From contig CAWFAK010000014.1 of assembly GCA_963813715.1 (NCBI GenBank), positions 1 through 64,000 of the forward strand: a DNA stretch of 64,000 bases, in the 5' to 3' direction. This document shows positions 1 to 10,236 of the stretch, one piece after another. Made by a program: the position numbers and the translations under genes. Every line of letters begins with the position of its first letter. The stretch's first letter is position 1. Under the pieces are notes generated by a model. It saw only the letters and a list, made by a program, of their open reading frames with translations. It searched no databases and had not been told where the DNA came from. This DNA comes from an uncultured Planctomycetaceae bacterium. GTDB taxonomy: Bacteria > Planctomycetota > Planctomycetia > Planctomycetales > Planctomycetaceae.

Positions 1-1325
1 TATTTACAACGGCCGACTTCAATGGCGACGGCTTTGCTGACCTTGGGGCCCTGGGCACGAATGGTTCCGCAACGCTGCTCTTCGAGCTGACAGAGACAGC
101 AAACGTGTCGTTCAGCAACCTCGACCCCCCCGGCACAGGTACCCACCAGATTGAAGGAGCTATCCGGGAGACAGCAACTACAGTCCCAGTCTTTCCTCCA
201 CGGTTGCACTCGTATTCGGGAACCCGATTATCGTCGTTTCCCCCGTAACTCTGCCGGCGGCGACGGCAACAGTACCGTACACCCAGACTTTGACGGCTAC
301 GGGCGGCACTCCGCCTTACCACTACCAGATCCCTAGCGGAACGCCGCCCTCCGGTCTCACGCTGACCACTGCCGGGGTGTTGTCGGGAACAATCGCAGCC
401 GGCGGCATTGTCCCGTTCACCGTAGCGGTTACCGACAGCACCGCCGACACGCCGAACTCAACCAGCATTACCTATGCGTTGAATGTCCTTCCGCTTGCCG
501 TCTTCGTCGCTCCCGCTCTGCTGCCCAACGGCACCGTAGGTGTCGCCTACAATCAGGCGCTCACGGCCTGCTGCGGTTCCACCAATAACTTCACCCAGCA
601 AGGTCTACCGGCCGGTCTCTCCATGAGCAGCGCCGGAGTCATCTCGGGAACGCCCACAGCCAGCGGCACTTTCAACGTGGCTGTATCTGTATCGGAGGCC
701 ACCGCCAATGGCACGCTCTTCGGTTACGCGACGTACACGCTAACCATCGCGCCGGCACCGCCGCCGCCACCGCCAACCTTCACTTTCGCGGCCGGCTCAG
801 CAACTTCCGCAACAGTTACTGCCGGCGCGAATGCCAGCTACCCACTTTCGCTCACACCGCTCAACGGATTCAACGCAGCCGTAAACCTGAGTTGTTCCGG
901 CCTACCCAACGAGGCGGCATGTTCCTTCTCGCCTTCGTCCCCTATCACAGCTTCCGGCACGGCCGCAGTAAACATTACGCTCACGGTCAGCACATCGGAG
1001 CCTGCTCCTTGAGCAACGTAGCTTCGCTTCATCGTCGCGCCTTCGACAACTTCGGCCGCATCTTCTCCGCCGCCTCCCTGGCGGCGTTGTTCTCATCCGC
1101 ATGCCCCGGCGCTTCCGCGGCCGGTGTCGCGTGCTGCGGATCGCAATTCTCGGAATTCTCTCCGTGGGCATGCTCTCCAGTTGCGGAGGCGGCAACTCCA
1201 GCCAAACGATCCCAGCCCAATCCCTTACGCCGGCCGGCACCTATACCTTCAAGGTAACGGCGACGCCGCAGGCTGCAACGGCTCCGGCGTCAGAGGCCAC
1301 GCAGTTAACACTGATCGTCGATTAG
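1..1325 (+). CDS. FG-GAP / Ig-like (Big_3, He_PIG-type) surface protein, 5'-partial, frameshifted
   Basis: Frame 3 from the window start reads FTTADFNGDGFADL (FG-GAP). Next come YPGDSNYS and LPxGLTLxxxGVLSGT Ig-like repeats (ORF 290..1012). The C-terminal TM + SCGGG...TPAGTYTFKVTAT is in ORF 1101..1325. Architecture typical of Acidobacteria. Confidence 0.75.
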
Positions 1326-1655
1326 GAATTTCTTCGCCCATTGCGCCGGAGGGGAGATTTGGGAAATCGGGGAGGATAAGGATCGCGGTTGGGAGGCATA
1401 TCGCTATGCACAACCCGCACAAAACCGTACACGCGGCTTTCCCGCATACGGCTTCCACCTCGGGTATTCAACGGCTTGGCCATCTTTTGGCCGATCTTCA
1501 AGAACGCCCTTAAATAGTTCTTCCAAGCAGATAAGAACGTGATATTGGAAAACCAGTAGCGAGCACCTGCTGGCTGCAGCCGGTTGGTTTTGGGGAGCTG
1601 TAACGTCGCCCCACGCTTTTGCGCCATTGCTAGCCCGCCTATCCAGAACTGCACC

Positions 1656-2326
1656 CTATGGCGCTGATAGAAATCGCACGATCTCGTGCATGATCCGAGT
1701 ATTCTGATCCGTTTGAAAGAGAAACTGAGCGTGCGCAGAACCATCTAGAACGATCAGTTCTTTCGGCTGTGGCGTTATTTCATATTGCGCTCGGATGCGA
1801 GGTAGCCGTACGCCGCTGTCATTTCGGTCCTCGCGCGCGACGATGAATAAGGACCGTGACTTCAACTTGTCCGCGGAGAGGTTGGGGGCCCCGCCAAGAA
1901 AGACGATGCGATCAATTTCACCGGGTGATGACTTAATCGATGCGTCACCGGCGGCTGCGCCGCCAAAGCTTCCTCCAACGACGGACACTGAGGTAGCACC
2001 GTGTCCCTTAAGGTAGCGAACCGCAGCAATCACGTCGTTCTCGAAGGGGGCATGGTCAAAGTCGGCCTGACCGGGGCCGGTTGGGAGCCGAATCCGCGAA
2101 AATCAATTGCCAAGATTCGAAATCCTTCCGATGCCAGAACCTCGGCCTGCTCCCGCCAGCTCTCTTTGTTAAATCTGCCGCCGTGAGCTAGCACAACCGC
2201 TCGGGGACCTTGACCATAGAGATCGGCACAGACTCGTCCTCCGTCTTCGGTTGGAAACGAGATGGTTTCCACGGCCGCTGTTGTCGTAAGGGTGAGCGCG
2301 AGTGGTAGGACCCAAAGGCCTAGCAT
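1656..2326 (-). CDS. Secreted alpha/beta hydrolase (frameshift near 2050)
   Basis: ORF 2030..2326 (signal peptide, VVLAHGG, IDFRGFG) joins ORF 1656..2033 (GGSFGG nucleophile elbow, GSAHAQ). Confidence 0.8.
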
Positions 2327-2458
2327 GCTGGAATTATATGGCCGGCAGGTTTCGCAATCATCGAACTGTTATCAAGGATGAGTGTAATAGGGATGGCGTC
2401 CCCGAATCCCACCGGTGGAATCGAAACCGAGACGCAGCGCCGAGTGAGGGGCTTCTGA

Positions 2459-2779
2459 TTACTCCCGAGTCAGTAGATCTACGAGGTCTTCGCCAGTGAT
2501 CAAGTGTCCTGACACATAAATGCCGAATGACCCGTGGGGCGAAACCAGGAGAGCCAGACAGCAGATGATAAACGCAATTTTGGCTCCATTTGAACAGTAG
2601 TGAGGATTGTTGTGACTGTTAGCAAACCACCACTCACCCAACGCCAGCAAACCTGCACCGATCAATAGAACGGGCCACCATCGAATGTACCAGTGCAATA
2701 GGTGAAAAGGCTCCAGATAGCCGGTCTTGATCAGTAGAGCGATCAGTCCGACGAACACAAGCAAACAGGGGCCAAGCAT
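2459..2779 (-). CDS. Small membrane protein, LiaF/DUF5668-like
   Basis: GPCLLVFVGLIALL...WWPVLLIGAGLLAL pattern. Confidence 0.55.
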   Translation of the reverse strand: MLGPCLLVFVGLIALLIKTGYLEPFHLLHWYIRWWPVLLIGAGLLALGEWWFANSHNNPHYCSNGAKIAFIICCLALLVSPHGSFGIYVSGHLITGEDLVDLLTRE

Positions 2780-2930
2780 GCATGAGCTCGAAACTTCCGC
2801 TGATAGTCAGGTTGGAAGTTGCTTCCATGGAACAAAGTACCCATCCTGCTACGTACGCAGTGGAGCCCAACGCGGTTCCACTTACTCCGTGATCGACCCG
2901 ACTAGCAGTGCCAACGCCTCAGCGTCCTGG

Positions 2931-3413
2931 TCACGTGCGCGTTTGGAATGGGCAGGCCCCGGCCTCCGGCTCGTTGTCGTCAGGAAGCGCGTACTGCTTC
3001 CATTCACGGTTACCGAAATTCCCGTAGAACCCTATGTCGGGATGTACCGTCATTCCGTCATAGGCCGTCATGCGCCTATGAATGCGATGCCGGACAGAGG
3101 CTGCGATCGGCTGCGATGTTGCCGGATCAATGAAAAGAGATCTGGGCTGGAAGACGAGCACTACGCCTGGACCGAGATTTCTGCTACGGCGGTGCTTGTA
3201 GGTGGGAGACGCCCCGACCACAAACATCTCGCAACGCTCAAAGGCGAACTCCCAAAGCGGGTGGTCGGGTGTCTTGTCTGTTGCCGGATCGCGGTCGTGG
3301 TCATGGAGGAACTGCAAAATCTTCCAAAAGCACGTGACAAAGGACATGTGACCCATAATCGACGGATCGGGTTCGAAGAACGCAATCAGACTTGAGCGTT
3401 CGTGGGGAGGAGA
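2931..3413 (-). pseudogene. C-terminal part of a YqcI/YcgG family protein, N-terminus missing
   Basis: FWKILQFLHDHD, WEFAF, FVVGASP..RRSR, LVFQPR, YDG..HPDIGFYG, EWKQY..DD..CPF motifs. Fused in frame to an unrelated truncated gene at ~3413. Confidence 0.75.
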
Positions 3414-4678
3414 TGCGGCGAAGCAGAGCGTCGGCCATTCCCATGAAAACGGGGACTTCTCGCGATTCGGCTTTGGAAGCTCGGCAATCAGCGGCGACCA
3501 TTCGACGCGCTGTTCCTTCTCGGTCCATTTGCCGTTGGTCCAAAACGGCTTGCGCGGCGCCAGCAGCGTCGCCTGGACGCGGCTAACGTCGGATAGAAAA
3601 TGCGGACTGAACGCAAAGGCAGTCCAAAAGAGTTCGCCCAAAAGGGTTCCTTCGTTTTCTTGTACCCACTGGCCTGAGACGATGGGCCTGGGATTCGAGG
3701 CGCTCGCCGCCGGGCGTTGCGAGGTCTTTGTAGCCGGAGGTCGTTCGGACCCAAGTGGATGTCGGTCTTCCAGGCCAATGTCTGCCATGTGCTGTTTGAA
3801 GTAGGCCGACTCTACGAAATGCCGATGAAAGGACTCCAGGCGTGATTCGCGTCCGACAAGAATCCCAGCGACTTTTTCCAATGTTCTTCATTGCCACGGC
3901 CCGCGCGGACGACGAGCCGGCGAATCCGCGCGAAGAGCGCAGTCGATTCGCCGCGCTGCCAGGCGTCTAGCAACTCACGGCGCAGGGTCGGCGCTTCCTC
4001 GTACGAGGCGTAATCGCGCTCGACGAATATCGAGCGGCGCGAAGGGCAACTTCGGCAAGGGCATCGCGCGACTCGAAGATATCTCGAACATTCGTCGACC
4101 AAACGAAGAGGCTGAAATTGTGCACGTCCGTGCGAAATTGCTGATCGAGAAAGGTCCGCAGCGTTGGCCATTCGGGCTGCCCGCTCAATTCCGACTCGAA
4201 CCAGCCCACAATGAGATCAACGAGCTGATCGACGGCCTTTCGCCGAACTTCGAGCGATGAGTAAATGTCGTCGGTGCCGCGAAAGCGCTCGACATAAATG
4301 CGGACGCGGCCGAGGGGCGATTCATAATGCAGGTAGTGCCCGTCGCCGCCGACATCCTTGGGCAGACTGCTGCCGAACGTGCCCGAAAACGACGCTTCTC
4401 GGCGAGGAAGTCTCGGTGTTTTGGCTCTGGTAGGCCCGCGCGATGCGCTCGAGTTCGGGCCGATCGTCCAATTCCGGTCGATCGTCTGCGACCAAGCTCT
4501 TAGGGCTGTGGTGGGCCAGGTCGCGTCGCTTCAGAGTTAGGCGTCGCTCGATCTTGTCGCCGTGCGGTCGCAGCTCGATCTCGTAGATTCTCTCCTCGCA
4601 GCCGACCGCCGCGGGCAGGAGAATCGCGATCGCGACGAGGCCGCTTACCGATCGCTCGACAGAGGCGAACCGTTTCAT
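3414..4678 (-). pseudogene. Hypothetical lipoprotein, paralogue 2, frameshifted and C-terminally truncated
   Basis: Lipobox AAVGC. Shares DVGGDGHYLH, IYVERFRGTDD, GWFxSEL, EWPxLR, PFWTNGKW and EWPxLCxAA with the upstream paralogue. Confidence 0.65.
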
Positions 4679-6268
4679 GTCCGAACTCCTCGGCTAGGGG
4701 CCGTCAATTTCGTCTGCCGGCTGCACCGCTTTTCGACGGGCACGTGCGCCGGCTCGACTCGCAAGCCGAAGGGTCCGGGCGGGTCGACCGCGTCCCGCAC
4801 GGCGCTGGTTCCTCCGGAAGCGACGCTGCCCGGTCCTTCGTGGCCGGCCGGCTCATCGGGGAAATGAAACTCGCTCAGCCGCTCGGCGAACTCGCCGTCC
4901 TGCCGGACCGTCGGCAGAAACGCGTCCCATTCCTGTTGTTCCTTGTTCGAGAGCCCCTCGTACCACAGGCAGTATTGAAACAGAGCGTCCTTGGTGAGGC
5001 CGACCTTCCCCAACAGGGCTTTTTGCATCTCCTCGTTCGGCTCGTCCCACGCCGCCAGGCAGAGAGCGGGCCATTCCGCCTCTGCGGATCGGGTGGTTCG
5101 TTCAGTTCGGCAATTCTTTGCGACCATTCGATCCGACGCTCCTTCGCCACCCACTTGCCGTTGGTCCAAAAGGGCTCCCGCGGAGCCTCCAGCGAAACTT
5201 GCACGCGGCTGGAGTTTTCAAAACGGATCTTGATGAACGGATCGAGGAACTTGAAGAACAGGCCTTGCTCGAACTCCGGCGTGTCGACGGCGGGATTGTG
5301 CTGGGGTTTTGGGCCACCCGAACCGAAGATCGCTGCCGCGATCATGGCTTGAGTCGCTTTCTTTCGCTCCTCCTCGGCTTGCGCCGCCGAAATTCCGCGT
5401 GCTCCCGCTGGTAATAGGCCGTGTGGTGGAAATATCGCTGCCACGAAGCCCACGCAGGGTGCGCGTCTTCAGAAACCGAGAGCGTGATCCAGGCGTCCGT
5501 TGGCCGCGGCACCCGCGCGGCCAACAGCAGCCGGCGGAATGCGCGAAGAATGCCGCACTTTCGTCGCGATTCTCAAGGCCGGTAAACTCTCGGAGCAGGG
5601 CGGGGGCTTCCTCGTAAGAGGCGTAATGCCGCTCGACGAAGTATTGGGTCACACGAAACGCGATCTCTGGGTTGATCGATTCCGAGTCCGGGCGAATGTG
5701 CTGGAGCCAGCCGTAAAGGCTCAGGTTCTGCAGATCGTGGCGAAAGGTCGTGTCGAAGAACTTGCGCAGCGCCGGCCATTCCGCCTCGCCATGCAGTTCG
5801 GAGTCGAACCAGCCGATGACGAGGTCCACGAGTTGGTCGACGGTCTTCCGCCTGGCCTCGAGCATCGTCACGGCGTCGTCGGTACCGCGAAACCGCTCGA
5901 CGTAGATCGAGACTCGGCCGAGCGGCGATCCCCAATGCAAGTAGTGGCCGTCGCCGCCGACATCATGCGGGAGCGCACTCGCGAACGCGCCCACGAATGT
6001 CGCCTGCTTCTCGGTCATCTTCGGCGCCGCACCCCCATAGACGCGGGCCATGCGGGCGACCTCGGCCTTGTCCGCAGCCTTGAGGTCTTGTTGGCGCGAT
6101 TCTCCCGCCGCTCGCGCCGACTCACCGTCAAACGCCGCCAAAGCTTGTTTTCCCTGGGCCATTGGTCAATCTGATAGACCTTCTCTTCGCAGCCCGCGGC
6201 CGCGAGCAGCAGGATCGCGGTCGCCGCGAACCGAATCGCCCCTCCCTCGACCGAAAATGCGCGTTCAT
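4675..6268 (-). CDS. Hypothetical lipoprotein, paralogue 1 (several frameshifts)
   Basis: ILLLAAAGCEEKVY lipobox near 6200. ORFs 5218..6162, 4875..5453 and 4675..5169 concatenate into one gene. Confidence 0.65.
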
Positions 6269-6633
6269 TTAGCCACGCTACCTCTTAAGCAGCTATTGCG
6301 CCGGCGGCGCGATCTTTTGGGGCAGGGTCCGCGCCAACGATGCGCGATCGCGACGTGACGTTTCGCACAAGACGAGACTAGGATCAGGTCGCCCTTATTC
6401 CCCAAGCCTCCTATCTCCGCATCACCCAGCAACCGGGTTGCACCTTCCACCCAAACCGATTCCACGTCGCCCTTTTAACAGCGCAATGGAAATTCTCTGC
6501 CGGTCGAGGGTGATCCTTTTGGAATGCAGGATCCGAGCTGGCAACACGGCGTAGCGGCTCTATACGACGCGCATCTTCTTGAACTCGGTCGATTCGCACG
6601 CGGCCAAGAGCCGGCGGTCGTCGTCGGTGAACT

Positions 6634-6891
6634 TCAGGTCCCGCGAGAGCCGGCCGAGCCGAACATCATTGCGACGCCAATGCAGACGATGAACAGCAAC
6701 GGAATCAGGAACCACCAGAAGTCGATGATCATGTCAGCCAGCCAGATTCGCCAAATTGTTGACGATGGCAGCTCGACACCCGTGCCGGGACCGCCCAAAG
6801 AAGCGGCATAGGCAGAGGTGACTCGGACGAAAATGGCGCCGGCGACCGCGAGGCCGACGGCGACAATCGACGCCACGACGTAACGTCCCAT
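6634..6891 (-). CDS. Small two-TM hypothetical protein
   Basis: Two hydrophobic segments in the ORF starting at ATG 6891. Confidence 0.5.
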   Translation of the reverse strand: MGRYVVASIVAVGLAVAGAIFVRVTSAYAASLGGPGTGVELPSSTIWRIWLADMIIDFWWFLIPLLFIVCIGVAMMFGSAGSRGT

Positions 6892-7005
6892 GATTGGGCT
6901 CGTTCGGCACGGTGCTAGGTCGCAAAGAACGGCACCCCGAGTATGCCAAGGCCGGCTCGGAAACGCCAATACGGCCCGCAGAGGGTGATCGAACGCGGAG
7001 CCCGG

Positions 7006-7641
7006 TCAGTGCGGCTTGCGGGCGTCCACGATCACCGACGTGTAGGCGAATCGTCCGTCTGCGTTGCGGTCGTCGAATCGCCGCGAACGATCGATCTTGC
7101 CCAGTGCCGGATCCCAGTCGACCGCGTGAAATTTCCCGTCGGCGTCGAAGTATTCGAGGGGTTCGACCTGAAAGCCGGCCGTCTCGAAGAGCTGGCCGAA
7201 CGACTCGTGGTTGTAGAGCAGCTTGTGATCGTCGGCCCCCGCGCCGCTGCCGCCTGGGCGGACCCATTCAATGTAAGCGGGGTCGGGGTGATTGCCGTCC
7301 GGCACCGCCGCCCGCAGGTAACCGCCGGGTCGGAGAAAGCGAAAACAATTCTCGGCGGCCAAAAGTCCCTGCTCGGCCGTCAGGTGTTCCCAGACGTGTT
7401 CAGCCAGGATCGCGTCGATCGAGTTTTCGGAGAAGAGGCGGCGCCACTGGGCCACGTCGAGAATGTCGAGCACGTCGACGTCGGTCGGGATCCAGCCGGG
7501 GTCGAACAGGCCGCCGGCGCCGACGACGATTCGCAACGGCGCAGCCCCGCGGATACGCTTCTTCAGATTCTGGACGTCGCGGAAGACACCCAGGCGGCGG
7601 CGGGCGGAGAAGAGCAGGCGGCCGAGCCCGGCGTATGGCAT
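7006..7641 (-). CDS. SAM-dependent methyltransferase (Methyltransf_11-like)
   Basis: IVVGAG, IDAILAEHVWEHL and FLRPGGYLRAAVPD motifs. Confidence 0.8.
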   Translation of the reverse strand: MPYAGLGRLLFSARRRLGVFRDVQNLKKRIRGAAPLRIVVGAGGLFDPGWIPTDVDVLDILDVAQWRRLFSENSIDAILAEHVWEHLTAEQGLLAAENCFRFLRPGGYLRAAVPDGNHPDPAYIEWVRPGGSGAGADDHKLLYNHESFGQLFETAGFQVEPLEYFDADGKFHAVDWDPALGKIDRSRRFDDRNADGRFAYTSVIVDARKPH

Positions 7642-9371
7642 GGGAGATTGCGCGAGTTCGCGCTCGGCGTGTCGGCCGGGGAGGCGACGGCCTTCTCGAC
7701 TTCCGTGAGCAATTGCTCGAGCCGGAACGGTTTGTAGAGCACCGATTTCAAGCCGTGCTGGCGAGCCTTCACGATCGAGTGGGCCGGGTCGTAGCCGAAG
7801 CCGGTCATCAAGATCACGGGCAGGTGCTCGTGAATCTGCTTGATCTGGTAGAAGCACTCGAAGCCCGTCATGTCGGGCAGGCGAATGTCGGCGATGACCG
7901 CGTCGTAGTGGAAGCTGCGGACCATCACGAAGGCCTCTTCGGCATTGTGGGCCGTCTCCACCTCGCAGCCGTAACGGCCCAAAAGTTCGTGTGCGGCGAT
8001 CCGCACGCCTTCGTCGGCGTCGACGACCAGGATCCGCTTGCCGCGCAAGAGGGGCGCTGCTGCCGCGGCATCAGCGGGGCGTGGGCGGGCAGGGGAGCGA
8101 AGGTCTCGCCCACCTTCTGGATCAGCTGCTTGATGTTCCGCGTGTGCTTGAGGATCCGTTGCAGCCGCTCGGAGACGATTGGCTCGTGGCCGATGTAGCG
8201 CTCGAGGATGCAGGCCGCGTCGTTGAGGATTTCGTCGACGGGGCTGGCCACTTCGCGGAGGATGCGCTCGGTGCTGGCGCTTGCCGTCGTCATTTTTTCC
8301 ACCGCCAACAGCTCGAACGTGTTGATGGCGACGGCAACCTCGCGGGAGAACAACTCGAGGAACTGCAGGTCGTTCTCGCTGAAGGCGCCGGGCTTGGGGC
8401 TCTCGACGTTGAAAGTGCCGAGAATTTCGTCGTGCAGAATCAGGGGCACGGTGAGCGAGCTGCGGGCTCCCGGAGCGCCGGGCAGGTAAAGCGGGTCGGT
8501 CTGCGTGTCCTCGCAGAGGTAGCTCTTGCCGGTCGCCGCGACGAATCCCGTCACGCCGTTGCCCTGCGGGTCGGCCCGCAGCACGCGGCTGGCGGCTCCC
8601 GGATCCATGCCGACGGCCAGCAGCGGTTCGAGTTGTTTCGTGCGCTTGTCGAGCAGGCGGATCTCGACGGTGCCGAACTGCAACAGGTCCTGCGTGTAGT
8701 GCAAGATCTTCGACTTCAGCAGGTCGATCCGTTCGCTGACGCTCATCTGCAGGATGTCTCTGGAGCGACAAATCGCCCAGCTCGAGGCCGGCCTGGTAGA
8801 TGGCGTTCAGCTTCTGACGCTGCAACACCTCGGCCGAGATGTCGCGAACGCTGACCACGAGCAGATTGGGGCCGTCGTTTTCGTCGGGCGCGATCGGCCG
8901 GGCCTGCACTTCGTAATACGTTTTCTCGCCGACGCGGAGGCTGCTCTTGGCGAGCTCGCCGGAACCGAGCGCCGTGTGCAGCGGGCAGAAATCGGGCCCG
9001 ATGATCTCGGGCGCGCCGAACGCTTCGTAAAAACTCTTGCCGAGGAGCGAATCTTCCGCGCGCGTCTTCGGTCCGGTGGGAGGATTGCGTACGGTTTCGC
9101 TTTGCGCGGTGAATTCGCGAAGCTGGCGATTGCACCAGAGGATGCGAAATTCGTGATTGAGCAGCGCGGCTCCGTCGGGCAGCTGGTCGAGCAGCACGCC
9201 GGCCGGCAGCATCGTCGGAACCGAGCCGTCGATCTGCGGGACGCCTTTGGCGTTTGTCGGAGTCGCGGGCTCGCTTTCGGACCGGGGGAAGCGGAGCGTG
9301 TCGGGACCGTCGTCGCCGGTAACCGCGGAACGCTCGAGGCTCGCGTCGGAGATTTTTGGAGTCGTCGGCAC
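7563..9371 (-). CDS. PAS-GAF-receiver signalling protein (two frameshifts)
   Basis: PAS (LLDQLPDGAALLN), GAF in ORF 7925..8746, and a C-terminal receiver domain (ILVVDAD, DIRLPDMTG, MTGFG, KPF). Confidence 0.85.
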   Translation of the reverse strand: MPTTPKISDASLERSAVTGDDGPDTLRFPRSESEPATPTNAKGVPQIDGSVPTMLPAGVLLDQLPDGAALLNHEFRILWCNRQLREFTAQSETVRNPPTGPKTRAEDSLLGKSFYEAFGAPEIIGPDFCPLHTALGSGELAKSSLRVGEKTYYEVQARPIAPDENDGPNLLVVSVRDISAEVLQRQKLNAIYQAGLELGDLSLQRHPADERQRTDRPAEVEDLALHAGPVAVRHRRDPPARQAHETTRTAAGRRHGSGSRQPRAAGRPAGQRRDGIRRGDRQELPLRGHADRPALPARRSGSPQLAHRAPDSARRNSRHFQRREPQARRLQRERPAVPRVVLPRGCRRHQHVRAVGGGKNDDGKRQHRAHPPRSGQPRRRNPQRRGLHPRALHRPRANRLRAAATDPQAHAEHQAADPEGGRDLRSPARPRPADAAAAAPLLRGKRILVVDADEGVRIAAHELLGRYGCEVETAHNAEEAFVMVRSFHYDAVIADIRLPDMTGFECFYQIKQIHEHLPVILMTGFGYDPAHSIVKARQHGLKSVLYKPFRLEQLLTEVEKAVASPADTPSANSRNLPCHTPGSAACSSPPAAAWVSSATSRI

Positions 9372-9671
9372 CGTCTACGAACTCACCGTCTACGAATTCG
9401 CCGTCTCAAACTCGTTACCCAGCAGCGTCGGGCCAACTCAACGAGATCCCGCTCGCCGACTGGCCCGTGATCAATTTTCGCTCAAATCTGCGGCTTATTG
9501 GACGACCTGATCCGAAGTTGTACTTGCTAAATATTTGCCAATTCTGGCGTAAATTCTGCCCGGCCACCGCCGGACGCCAGGGCGCGCCAAATTATAGGTG
9601 GGGCTGAACAGGTGAGCAACGCAAAGTGTGCTGGGGAGGGGTCATCGTCGAGTCACTTATTCGAGATCGAG

Positions 9672-10232
9672 TCACTTCTTCGAGATATTCACCCGTGGAT
9701 TTTGGGCCTTGAGTGCGTCGATCCCAGCCGCCGTCGTTGGGCCACCGGGGCCGACGTAGACACGTCGCAGACTTTTGATCGGCCCGAGTGCTTCGAGCCC
9801 GGCGTTGGTGATTCCCGTCCGCTCCAAATCGAGTTCCGTGAGCGACGCGAGATTCTGCAGATTGACCAGACCGGCGTCGGTAATCTTCGTGCCCCGCAAA
9901 CTGAGTTCGCGCAGGCTCTGCAGGTTCTTAAAGAAGACCAGCCCCTCGTCACCGATCGGGGCGTAATCGAACTTCATCCGCGTCACAAAGGGCAGGTCCG
10001 CCAGCGGCTTCAAATCGACGTCGCGGACTTCGACCCGGTCGAAGTCGATGAAGGAGCCATGCCCGTCCGTATCGGTCTGAACGTGGCCGTGCGCGCGCTG
10101 CAGGGCCGCCATCGCGTCGAGCTCGGACTGGGTCGGCTTGGGGTCTTCGCAGCCAATCGCGCGAAAGATCAGCAGAGCAATCGCCGCGAGCGCAATCGGA
10201 GAAAGCCGTTTGAGAGATCGCTTCAGTTGCAC
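9672..10232 (-). CDS. Leucine-rich-repeat lipoprotein
   Basis: AIGC lipobox and LxxLxLxGTxITDAGL repeats. Confidence 0.85.
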   Translation of the reverse strand: MQLKRSLKRLSPIALAAIALLIFRAIGCEDPKPTQSELDAMAALQRAHGHVQTDTDGHGSFIDFDRVEVRDVDLKPLADLPFVTRMKFDYAPIGDEGLVFFKNLQSLRELSLRGTKITDAGLVNLQNLASLTELDLERTGITNAGLEALGPIKSLRRVYVGPGGPTTAAGIDALKAQNPRVNISKK

Positions 10233-10236
10233 GTCA

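Noticed and set aside
2394..2430. tRNA 3'-end remnant / att site (tggcgtcccc...tcgaaacc)
   Set aside because: The match is too short and the spacing is wrong for a T-arm.
2931..3881. Novel 316-aa protein
   Set aside because: It is an in-frame join of two truncated, unrelated genes.
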